This document shows positions 33,743 to 42,636 of a stretch of DNA of 64,000 nt, in pieces. The DNA is from an uncultured Pseudomonadota bacterium. GTDB lineage: Bacteria > Pseudomonadota > Alphaproteobacteria > Rs-D84. The notes beneath the pieces were generated by a model that saw only the letters and a list, made by a program, of their open reading frames with translations, was not told the DNA's origin and searched no databases. The position numbers and the translations under genes are program-made. Position 1 is the stretch's first letter. Each line of letters begins with the position of its first letter. The DNA is taken from NCBI GenBank assembly GCA_902793435.1, contig CADBDF010000003.1, forward strand, positions 26,167-90,166. The letters are read 5' to 3'.

Positions 33743-34003
33743 TTATTTCCCTCTTGGTTTTTGTTATTACATAGCGTAATATAATACAAAATATTTGTTT
33801 TGTCAAGCATTAGTTGAATAAAAAATTTTTCAATATGCCTTTGCCGACAAAAAAAGCCAGAAACACAAACAATACCGAGCCACAGTATTAAAATTTCTTA
33901 GTTATGCAATTCGTGTGCAATAACTAAATTTTGTGTTTTATTCTTGAATTTTTGGGGTAATTGTATTATATATCACACGATATAAACAAAGGAGAAAAAA
34001 AAC

Positions 34004-34693
34004 ATGAAACAGGCTGTAAATAATATGGACCGGTATTTAAAGAAAATATTTGCATTAATGTTTGGTGCGGTTGCTTTGACCGCGGTTGCAACATATTTAA
34101 CAATATGGGGTGGCGGATTGCGCTATTTAATCAGTGATGGTGGTTTTTCGGTTTTATATTATGTGTTGCTGTTTGGTGGTTTGGCTTTTTCAATTTGGGC
34201 CCAGGTGCGTGCATTTTCGATGAAGCCTGCAACGGCGGCATTGATGCTGATGATTTATGCGGCAATTATTGGAATTACAATGACACCATTGATTGCGGTT
34301 AGTTTGGCAATTCACCCTGCGGCGATTTTATATGCGTTTATATTGGCATCTGCTATGTTTGCATGTATGGCATTGTTTGGATATAAAACCGTCAAGAATT
34401 TATCTGGATTGGGTATATTCTTGTTCATGGGAATGATTGGTTTGATTTTGGTTGGTATTGCATCAATGATTTGGCCATTGGGTTCGACATTTTCTATGAT
34501 TGTATGCTATATCGGCGTTTTGGTATTCGCGTTATTCACTGCGTATGATATGCAAAATTTAAAGAACGCATACAACACATTGGGTAATGATGAAACACAA
34601 AAAAATCAGTTGGCTGTGTTGGGGGCTTTACATTTATACATTTCGTTTATTGCGATGTTCCAATATCTGCTGAGTTTATTTAACCGCGATTAA
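34004..34693 (+). CDS. BAX inhibitor-1/YccA-family membrane protein
   Basis: 229 aa with seven hydrophobic helices and the family-typical FTAYDMQNLK near the C-terminus. Confidence 0.8.
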   Translation: MKQAVNNMDRYLKKIFALMFGAVALTAVATYLTIWGGGLRYLISDGGFSVLYYVLLFGGLAFSIWAQVRAFSMKPATAALMLMIYAAIIGITMTPLIAVSLAIHPAAILYAFILASAMFACMALFGYKTVKNLSGLGIFLFMGMIGLILVGIASMIWPLGSTFSMIVCYIGVLVFALFTAYDMQNLKNAYNTLGNDETQKNQLAVLGALHLYISFIAMFQYLLSLFNRD

Positions 34694-34711
34694 AAACAAA
34701 AGGATTATATA

Positions 34712-34894
34712 ATGGCTTATAAAATTGATTCATCAAAATGCATTGGTTGTCATACATGTATGGGTATGTGCCCAGCGGGTGCGATTTCCACAAGTGCAGA
34801 CGGCAAATGCGTAATTGATACAGCAAAATGTATGTCGTGCGGAACATGTGCATCTGTTTGCCCAATGGGTGCGATTGTTCCAGAAAACAAATAA
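34712..34894 (+). CDS. 2x[4Fe-4S] ferredoxin
   Basis: 60 aa with two CxxCxxCxxxCP motifs (CIGCHTCMGMCP, CMSCGTCASVCP). Confidence 0.85.
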   Translation: MAYKIDSSKCIGCHTCMGMCPAGAISTSADGKCVIDTAKCMSCGTCASVCPMGAIVPENK

Positions 34895-34923
34895 TTAAAA
34901 TTATAATTACAAGGGAATAAAAA

Positions 34924-36285
34924 ATGTCAAATGTCACCATTAACGATATTGTTGCACTGTGTAAGCGACGCGGTTTTATTTTTACAGGGTCCGAAATTTA
35001 TGGGGGATTGCCTGGTGCGTATGATTACGGTCCATACGGTGTGGAATTGATGCGCAATATTCGCAATGCGTGGTGGAACACTATGATTTATTCCCGCGAT
35101 GATATCGAAGGATTGGATGCGGCGGTTATTACAAATCGCATGATGTGGAAATATTCTGGACACGAGGCGAATTTTTCCGACCCATTGGTCGAATGTAAAA
35201 AATGTGGTGCCCGCATGCGCCAGGATAAAATGCGCGATGCAACAAAATGTGATAATTGTGGTTCCACAGATTTAACCGAACCACGCGCATATCAGTTGAT
35301 GATGGGGTTGTCCATTGGGGCGGTTGCCGGTGGCGAAATAAACGCCTATCTGCGCCCGGAAACCGCAACAACTACATATATCAATTTCAAAAATGTGTTA
35401 GACGCAAAACCACACAAATTGCCATTTGGAATCGCACAAATTGGCAAGGCTTTTCGTAACGAAATTTCCCCACGCGGATTTGTTTTTCGTATGCGCGAAT
35501 TTGAACAGGCGGAAATGCAATATTTTGTAAATCCTGATGAAGATGAAAAATACTTTGAAATGTGGAAAGAACAACGCATGGCTTGGTGGGTAAATGTTTT
35601 GGGAATACCGGCAGAAAAATTACGTTTCAAACCACATGATAAATTGGCGCACTATGCCAAGGCCGCATGTGATATTGAATACGAATTCCCTGACGGTTTT
35701 GACGAGGTCGAAGGTATCCACAATCGCCAAGACTTTGATTTGGGTTCGCATACAAAATCACAAAACGAATTCAAATTACATGCCAATGTTTTGGAAAATA
35801 AAGATAGTGTCATAAAACTGTCTTACAGCGACCCCCAAGCAGGAACAAATTTCATTCCATATGTTATTGAAACCGCAATGGGCGTAAATCGAACAATGTT
35901 AGCAGTTATGTTAAACGCATATACTGTCGAAGATTTAGGGGACGGCAAAACACGTATTGTGTTAAAATTAAAGCCATGGTTATCACCGGTCAAAGCGGCA
36001 GTTATCCCATTGGCACGAAACGTCCCGGAATTACAAGATATCGCATCACAGGTTGAAAATTCTTTGCGCAAATTGGCAATTGGACGAATTGAAATGGAAA
36101 ATTCTGGAAATATCGGTAAAAGTTATCGCCGTCACGATGAGATTGGAACCCCGGTATGTATCACGATTGACCATCAAACATTAGAAGATAATACCGTCAC
36201 GTTGCGCTATCGCGACACAATGGAACAAGAACGCATACCTGTCGCGGATGTCCCAATGAAATTGCGACAAATTGTGAGCATGTAA
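34924..36285 (+). CDS. glyQS: glycine--tRNA ligase (homodimeric class II type)
   Basis: 453 aa with GFIFTGSEIYGGL, LRPETA, FRNEISPR and FEQAEMQYF, plus an anticodon-binding C-terminus. Confidence 0.95.
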   Translation: MSNVTINDIVALCKRRGFIFTGSEIYGGLPGAYDYGPYGVELMRNIRNAWWNTMIYSRDDIEGLDAAVITNRMMWKYSGHEANFSDPLVECKKCGARMRQDKMRDATKCDNCGSTDLTEPRAYQLMMGLSIGAVAGGEINAYLRPETATTTYINFKNVLDAKPHKLPFGIAQIGKAFRNEISPRGFVFRMREFEQAEMQYFVNPDEDEKYFEMWKEQRMAWWVNVLGIPAEKLRFKPHDKLAHYAKAACDIEYEFPDGFDEVEGIHNRQDFDLGSHTKSQNEFKLHANVLENKDSVIKLSYSDPQAGTNFIPYVIETAMGVNRTMLAVMLNAYTVEDLGDGKTRIVLKLKPWLSPVKAAVIPLARNVPELQDIASQVENSLRKLAIGRIEMENSGNIGKSYRRHDEIGTPVCITIDHQTLEDNTVTLRYRDTMEQERIPVADVPMKLRQIVSM

Positions 36286-36316
36286 TAAAAAAACACCGTC
36301 CAAACGGACGGTATTT

Positions 36317-38047
36317 TTATTGATTTTCCTTGACCACAGACATATTTGGAATAATCACAGGGTCATTATATTTTGATAAAAAGCGCTGTCCCGTTTCACA
36401 TACAACGTTATTCAAAGAATCTTCGTATTCACGAGATGCCGCAATCCAACGATTTTGAATTTCCGCATTGGCACCACTAACCCCCGACAAAGCGCCCAAT
36501 GCCGCACCACCGCCCGCACCAATCAAAGTTGATTTTGCGCGCGCACGATTTGAAAAATCAACCATATCGCCATCTTCGGCACTTTGTGCAGACGGATAGA
36601 AATTATCTATATTTATTTTAACTTCTTCGCCATCTTTGTTGGTCAAAGGTTTGCCCTGGATATCATATATGCGAGCTTCCGCATATTTTGAACTAAATTT
36701 TGCCGTCCAATCCAAATGTTTAATACCAAACATCCCCTGGGAATCTTTAAATTCTATCATCGCAGGAACATGACGACCAACCTTTTGTGCAGACGATATC
36801 TTAACCAAATCACCCACACCATTACCACGTGTTATCTTTTTATCTTCATATCTGTATTTTGTTACACTTTCTGCCTTTAAAACTTTCGTTTCGCAATCGT
36901 CCGAAACAGTTTGTTTTGGTTCGCATGTTTTATTGGAACTATCAACATCAGTGAATTGTATTTGTGTTAATGATATTGTTGTACAACCTGTCCAAGTATT
37001 CTCGCTTTGGTCTGTACATTTGTATGATTGATGAGTTTTGTAATCATAAAACACATTATCCGTCACAGTGTTATCAATACCATCATCGCCACCAATATCA
37101 TACGCACCATACAAACACACCGTTTCATTACCAGTTTGAACAGGTGTTTTTGTGTTTTCACCAGATTCACCAGATTTACTATCTGTATTATCGCTTGATT
37201 GGTTTGTATTTTGTGAATTCAATGGTTTTAATATACATTTATCTATTTTTAATACATCATCGCCAGATGCCATTAAATTTCCCGCAACCGCACCCGCCGC
37301 CGCATTTATACCAGTTGACATAATTGTTGAGCCAACTTTGTAATTATTACTTTGTGTGCTGGCGGTCATCAATGCCGCACCACCCGCCGCACCAATTGCA
37401 GTTGAAACCAATTTTTCTTTATTTGTTCCCAATGGAGAATCAGAACCGGCATCAGCCTTGCCAACCAAATTTCCACCAATACCACCAACCACAGCCGCTG
37501 CCAAAATCTTCATTCCGGCATTTGCTTTTTGTTCTTGCGCCATTACTTTTTCAACATCTTCAACTGTTGGTGCCGCATCTGCTGGGTACGTGAAAGATTT
37601 ACCATTAGGTGTAAAATCATGGAAATTATCCACATTACATTTAATACTGTCACCTGCCGCCAAATATGCAGATGCCAAAACATTATAATCAGTGTTTTTG
37701 TATGACCGTAATTCAACCAATGCCGCGCATGTCGCAGGCCCACCACGTTTTGAGCCCGTTGTTGGTTTTATCCAATCAAATACACCATTTGGATAAATTG
37801 CACTGCATGCGTCCATATCAGAGGCTGATATAGTTTGAACATCACCATTATCATTTGTGATAACGCGCGCCGGTTGTGGTTCATATGCCTGCATGGCGCT
37901 ACGCGCCGCCGATGCCGCCGCTGCAGATTGCGATTGCATCAAAGAAGAATTATTTATGCGCAATGCCGCAACCGCCGGACTTCCATGAAAAACAGTCGCC
38001 AACGCCGGTAAAGACAAAATTAAATAATTCAGTTTCGATGTTTTCAT
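36317..38047 (-). CDS. secreted hypothetical protein with glycine-zipper-like segments
   Basis: 576 aa. Signal peptide (LILSLPALATVFHGSPAVAA) and four Gly/Ala-rich segments (AAAVVGGIGGNLVG, AIGAAGGAALM, GINAAAGAVAGNLM, LIGAGGGAALGALSG). Confidence 0.55.
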   Translation of the reverse strand: MKTSKLNYLILSLPALATVFHGSPAVAALRINNSSLMQSQSAAAASAARSAMQAYEPQPARVITNDNGDVQTISASDMDACSAIYPNGVFDWIKPTTGSKRGGPATCAALVELRSYKNTDYNVLASAYLAAGDSIKCNVDNFHDFTPNGKSFTYPADAAPTVEDVEKVMAQEQKANAGMKILAAAVVGGIGGNLVGKADAGSDSPLGTNKEKLVSTAIGAAGGAALMTASTQSNNYKVGSTIMSTGINAAAGAVAGNLMASGDDVLKIDKCILKPLNSQNTNQSSDNTDSKSGESGENTKTPVQTGNETVCLYGAYDIGGDDGIDNTVTDNVFYDYKTHQSYKCTDQSENTWTGCTTISLTQIQFTDVDSSNKTCEPKQTVSDDCETKVLKAESVTKYRYEDKKITRGNGVGDLVKISSAQKVGRHVPAMIEFKDSQGMFGIKHLDWTAKFSSKYAEARIYDIQGKPLTNKDGEEVKINIDNFYPSAQSAEDGDMVDFSNRARAKSTLIGAGGGAALGALSGVSGANAEIQNRWIAASREYEDSLNNVVCETGQRFLSKYNDPVIIPNMSVVKENQ

Positions 38048-38065
38048 TATTCATAAACCATTGTT

Positions 38066-39148
38066 TTAGAATTGCAAACGCAACCGCGCACCAACATCAA
38101 CGGTGCTGAGATTCGCGCTTTCTGTCCAATTTGTATAATGTGCAACCGATGGATACGCATTTTCACCACCCAAACCGTCCGCAATCCATTCGTCTTGGGT
38201 TAAAACGATACTGCCAGATGACTGAACTTTACCCAGGTGCATATAACGGACAAACAAATCCAATTTCATGCCATTACCCAATTCTGTACTGACACCACCT
38301 TCCAAAGCCAAAGCCAAACGTTCCGATGTTCCGCCATTATGATATGCGTTTATGTTCGATACCGCGGTTGGATCGCCTTGGTTTGATGTTGATGGGTCGG
38401 CTTCGGAATAAAATGTTGAATCCAAAACATTATAATCACTGACCGTATTTAACGAAATACCAATACCGGCACCAATATATGGACGCAACGAACCGCCCGC
38501 CATATATCCAGTATAAGAATCAATATTATAATACAAATTTAACATCGCCGCATTTGCCGTCACCGCACCACCGGTCGCACGCGCGGTCACAAAACCACCG
38601 GCACCGTCCGCCGTTTGAACACTTTGTGGGTATGAAATGTTGCTGTAACGGGTATAAGAAAAGTCTATGCGCAAATCACTGTTGATTGTGGCACCCAATG
38701 ATAATTGCAACGGAATAACTGTATCCGATTCAAAACCAGAAAACTGGAACGAACCAGGAACCAAATATGCACCATCTTCCCCGGAATAATCCGCAGAAAA
38801 TTCGCCCATAATACTGACCGAATATGCGGCAGACAAACCGATGTACAAACCGCTGTCGGCAAGCCTGTCAAAATCCGCCGATTGATAATAACGGCGACCC
38901 GCATTAACCGCAGAATTTCCAACACGTGGCAATGCCCCCGTCACACGCGTTGGCGCAGATGCCGCCACAGAATTCGTCATAACAACCCCACCATTTGCGG
39001 TCGGCAATAATATTGCACGATTGGCATTGGCAGCCCCCAGACTCGGTTGGCCATTATAACCAGAATATACAGGATATGCGGCATGGCCGGATATCGACAA
39101 TCCCGCAAACAAAGTGGCAAAAAGCCCAAAAACCTTGAATTTTTTCAT
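38066..39148 (-). CDS. outer-membrane beta-barrel protein
   Basis: 360 aa with a signal peptide, alternating beta-strand pattern and C-terminal ...GARLRLQF. Confidence 0.7.
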   Translation of the reverse strand: MKKFKVFGLFATLFAGLSISGHAAYPVYSGYNGQPSLGAANANRAILLPTANGGVVMTNSVAASAPTRVTGALPRVGNSAVNAGRRYYQSADFDRLADSGLYIGLSAAYSVSIMGEFSADYSGEDGAYLVPGSFQFSGFESDTVIPLQLSLGATINSDLRIDFSYTRYSNISYPQSVQTADGAGGFVTARATGGAVTANAAMLNLYYNIDSYTGYMAGGSLRPYIGAGIGISLNTVSDYNVLDSTFYSEADPSTSNQGDPTAVSNINAYHNGGTSERLALALEGGVSTELGNGMKLDLFVRYMHLGKVQSSGSIVLTQDEWIADGLGGENAYPSVAHYTNWTESANLSTVDVGARLRLQF

Positions 39149-39283
39149 TCTCTGTCCATATTTATTTTATATTATTATACCATAAAAAAGCCCCATAAAA
39201 AAGTATTTATTGTAATAAAAAAATCCCCCCGACATATTGCCGGGGGAAATGTCCAATATAAAGTTTATTTTCTGTTTCAGTTT

Positions 39284-40318
39284 TTAGAAGCGAACGTTCG
39301 CACGAACACCCATTTCTAATTTCGCATCTGTACCATTTTGAGAATTTGGATGCGATTTATCAAATGTGTATTCTGTAACCAACGATAATTGTACAGATTC
39401 TGTAATTTGATTAGAAACCACAGCCGTCAAAACATATTCTTGCCAGCCATCGTCCATATCTGCGGTTTGAGCCAACAAGCCGTCAATAACCTGTTGTCTT
39501 TGCGCTTGTTGTGCAGCAGGCAATTGAACCATTGGGGTATGAATGGATTTTACACCATTGTCAGAGTGTTCTACGAATTTGAATGTTCCACCAAATGACC
39601 ATCTGTCGTTTGCCTCATAGAAACCAGACAAACCAATAGTTGTTTCGTTTGTAGATTTTAAATCAACAGAAATCAATTTTGGAAATCCTAAGTCTGTGGC
39701 ATTTACCGCACCAACACCTGGAATATCAAATCTGTTTAATTCGATTTCATTGTTGTGATTGCCGATTGTTTGTAAATATTCAGCAAACATAGATGCAGTG
39801 AATTTATCCCATGTTTTACCAAAACGTGTTCCAGCGATACCGCCCCAACGACCGTTAGAGAAGTTTTTGTATGTAAAACCATCAACGTCATACGAACCTC
39901 TCATTGGGGAAACACCCGACATATACAATTCGCCATAGATGTCCCAAACAAAATCGGTTGCGTCTTCAAAAATACGATAACCAAAACCTAAACGACCACG
40001 ATGCATACCCCTGCGGTCAATATCGCCGTTATACGTATAACCCAAAGACAAATATGTTACTAATCTGTCTGTGATACCATAACCAAAATCTTCGGTTGCA
40101 CGCCATACAGGGAATTCATCAAAACCATCATGATTTTTCAGTTTTAACGCATCTGTATGATCCGCACGTTTATACATCAAAGCCGCGCCAGTTTTTGAAA
40201 AATATTCGCCAGATTTTGGCGCAAACAATGGATTTTCCATGTTCGTTGTTCCAGCAATCGCCCCAGTCGTAATCATTGACGCTGTTGCAATCGCCAAAGT
40301 TTTCAAAGTTTTTTTCAT
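39284..40318 (-). CDS. outer-membrane beta-barrel protein
   Basis: 344 aa with a signal peptide (LAIATASMITTGAIAG) and C-terminal ...MGVRANVRF. Confidence 0.7.
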   Translation of the reverse strand: MKKTLKTLAIATASMITTGAIAGTTNMENPLFAPKSGEYFSKTGAALMYKRADHTDALKLKNHDGFDEFPVWRATEDFGYGITDRLVTYLSLGYTYNGDIDRRGMHRGRLGFGYRIFEDATDFVWDIYGELYMSGVSPMRGSYDVDGFTYKNFSNGRWGGIAGTRFGKTWDKFTASMFAEYLQTIGNHNNEIELNRFDIPGVGAVNATDLGFPKLISVDLKSTNETTIGLSGFYEANDRWSFGGTFKFVEHSDNGVKSIHTPMVQLPAAQQAQRQQVIDGLLAQTADMDDGWQEYVLTAVVSNQITESVQLSLVTEYTFDKSHPNSQNGTDAKLEMGVRANVRF

Positions 40319-40356
40319 CGAATACTCCTTATATTTTTTTGATGAAATTACTGACC

Positions 40357-40406
40357 CCCATTATTGGCAAGATCAGCGTTATACCCGTACCACCCATTAT
40401 TGGCAA
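40357..40406. repeat. two direct copies of cccattattggcaa in a divergent intergenic region
   Basis: Copies at 40357-40370 and 40393-40406, spaced 36 bp start to start, upstream of the OMP gene. Confidence 0.6.
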
Positions 40407-40561
40407 TAGCACGCTTTGTGGTATAACAAACGAATTATGTTATATACATTAACCGATGTCAAAATAATCTTTTACTTGACAGGTGGGTTGAAAATTAAAT
40501 TTTGTTTCCTATATATACTGTGTGATGGGTAATAAGCCCAATAAAACCAAAGGGGGCGACG

Positions 40562-41092
40562 ATGGAACAAACAAACACCTTTGATAAAAAATATAATCCT
40601 GAAAAATGGTTATTAAATGCAATGCCACTGACCGAAAAGCAAAAACAAAATATCAAAACACAAATCGAATTGATGTATAAAGGTTTGACTTTGGTAAATT
40701 GGGCAAAACGCGGTACAAAGTTAGGGACCGCAAAATTAAAAGCATTGGAACAAGTCGAAACTTTTGCACAAACATTGGACGATAACAAAAAACAAAACAA
40801 CAACAATGCGGTGGTTGCAGAAATATCTAGAACTGTGGCGGAATTAAAAAAGAAAATTTCAAAACAGATTATGGAATCAAAAACCTCCGAAATGACTGTG
40901 CCTGAAAAGTTGGCTGAAAAATACAAAGAACATGGCACAGGTTTGGCGGAAACAAATATGCGAGATTTACGTAAATTGGTTATGCAAGATTCCAAACGCG
41001 TTCAAACAAACGAAAAACAGGCAAACAAATTTGCAAAACCAAATCAAATACTACTGATGCAAATTATGGCACTGCGTGCCAAAGCGGCATAA
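40562..41092 (+). CDS. hypothetical protein (Lys/Gln-rich, probably helical)
   Basis: 176 aa with AAAGGGGG 6 nt before the ATG. The overlapping antisense ORF (40495-40995) is low-complexity. Confidence 0.5.
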   Translation: MEQTNTFDKKYNPEKWLLNAMPLTEKQKQNIKTQIELMYKGLTLVNWAKRGTKLGTAKLKALEQVETFAQTLDDNKKQNNNNAVVAEISRTVAELKKKISKQIMESKTSEMTVPEKLAEKYKEHGTGLAETNMRDLRKLVMQDSKRVQTNEKQANKFAKPNQILLMQIMALRAKAA

Positions 41093-41125
41093 TCAAAAAA
41101 ATCGCCCATGTATTTGGGCAATTTT

Positions 41126-42382
41126 TTATTTATGTTTGTATGCCAAAATATATTTTTCCATTTGTGGTAAATACTGTGCAGGTATTAATTCACGCGATAT
41201 AAGGCATGCATTTCCCTGGCCTGCGGACATTTTGGGCATTTCTGTACCGTTTTTAGCATTGATGATTTTATCTAATTTTAATGTAAATTTATCGCGTGGT
41301 AATAAAAACGTTATTTCATCACCTGCACGAATTTCGTTACGCAATTCAAATGCGATATTTTTATCATCAATATCCGTCACCACACCGGCGGCATGGTACA
41401 TCGAATCCGATTTTGTCGTTTCATAATTATGTGCCGTCGCAGGCAACCCACCATCAAAGAACGCCGTTGTATAACCGCGGGTTTCCAACACATTTAAATC
41501 CGCCATAAATTCATCAGGATTAAAGTGTTTTGGGTCACGCGCCCACGCGTCGATTGCATTGCGATATGCACGAACCACAGAACCAACATAATATTCACTG
41601 CGGTTACGACCTTCTATCTTTAATGAATCCGGCGATGATTCCAAGACTTCGCCCAAACGTGGCATCAAACACAAATCTTTGGAATTCATAATATACGCAC
41701 CATGTTCGTCTTCATCAATTGGCATTTCAATACCTGATTCAACCTCGCGCAAGATTACATCATATTTCCACCGGCACAGTTGCGCACACGCACCACGATT
41801 TGATGGACGACCGGTTATATAATTCGATAACAAACAACGGCCAGAATACGCCATGCACATTGCGCCATGGACAAAGATTTCCAATTTTATGTCTGGGCAT
41901 GCGGCGCGGATTTTACAAAATTCAGGATGTGAAACCTCACGCGCAAGGACACACAGCGATGCGCCCGCGTTTTGCCAAAACTTTACAGATGCCGCCGAAC
42001 AAATATTCGCCTGGGTCGAAACATGAATTGGCATATTTGGAAAATTATCGCGCACCCACATCATGACCCCGGCATCCGCCACAATCAGCGCGTCAGGTTT
42101 CAAATATTCGATAATTTCACGAACACGTGGCATATTTTGAAAATCCCGGTCATGTGCAAACAGGTTAAAAGCCAAATAAACCTTTTTGCCATGCTCATGA
42201 GCAAATTCAATACCCTGCTTCACGCCCTCTATATCGATTTTGGCACGTGCGCGCATAGAAAAACCCGGCAGTCCAGCATAAATCGCATCTGCACCATATA
42301 AAATTGCCGTTTTAAAAGCATCCAAAGTGCCCGCCGGCGCCAACAATTCAGGTATTTTTTTCGTATTCATAATATTTTCCAT
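41126..42382 (-). CDS. peptidase U32 family protein
   Basis: 418 aa with PELLAPAGTLDAFKTAILYGADAIY and the U32 core (EIFVHGAMCMAYSGRCLLSNY). Confidence 0.85.
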   Translation of the reverse strand: MENIMNTKKIPELLAPAGTLDAFKTAILYGADAIYAGLPGFSMRARAKIDIEGVKQGIEFAHEHGKKVYLAFNLFAHDRDFQNMPRVREIIEYLKPDALIVADAGVMMWVRDNFPNMPIHVSTQANICSAASVKFWQNAGASLCVLAREVSHPEFCKIRAACPDIKLEIFVHGAMCMAYSGRCLLSNYITGRPSNRGACAQLCRWKYDVILREVESGIEMPIDEDEHGAYIMNSKDLCLMPRLGEVLESSPDSLKIEGRNRSEYYVGSVVRAYRNAIDAWARDPKHFNPDEFMADLNVLETRGYTTAFFDGGLPATAHNYETTKSDSMYHAAGVVTDIDDKNIAFELRNEIRAGDEITFLLPRDKFTLKLDKIINAKNGTEMPKMSAGQGNACLISRELIPAQYLPQMEKYILAYKHK

Positions 42383-42451
42383 ATAAATTTTACCAAATTA
42401 TAATTTTATACTTGAAATTATCAAATAAAAAATATATTATTGACTCACATT

Positions 42452-42527
42452 GCCAGTTTAGCTCAGCTGGTAGAGCATCTGATTTGTAATCAGAGGGTCG
42501 TTGGTTCAAGTCCGACAACTGGCACCA
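42452..42527 (+). tRNA. tRNA-Thr (anticodon UGU)
   Basis: 76 nt. Acceptor GCCAGTT/AACTGGC, anticodon arm TCTGA-TTTGTAA-TCAGA, T-loop TTCAAGT, encoded CCA. Confidence 0.95.
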
Positions 42528-42532
42528 GAATT

Positions 42533-42556
42533 TCGCGGGAATCCCGCGATTTTTTA
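42533..42556 (+). terminator. rho-independent terminator after tRNA-Thr
   Basis: tcgcggg aat cccgcga followed by a T-run. Confidence 0.75.
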
Positions 42557-42636
42557 TTTGTTTTTATGCAAAAAATAATTGACAAATTGTATTTTTAGTA
42601 TTACTATTATACCATAATAAAAACTAAGAGGATATC

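Noticed and set aside
40495-40995. Long antisense ORFs, e.g. 40495-40995 (-), 20527-21120 (+), 58355-58804 (-), 46383-46796 (+), 37356-37688 (+) and 41076-41426 (+).
   Set aside because: Each is embedded opposite a gene with clear homology or better coding features. Their translations are low-complexity or Cys/Phe/Ile-rich, as expected from antisense A+T-rich codons.
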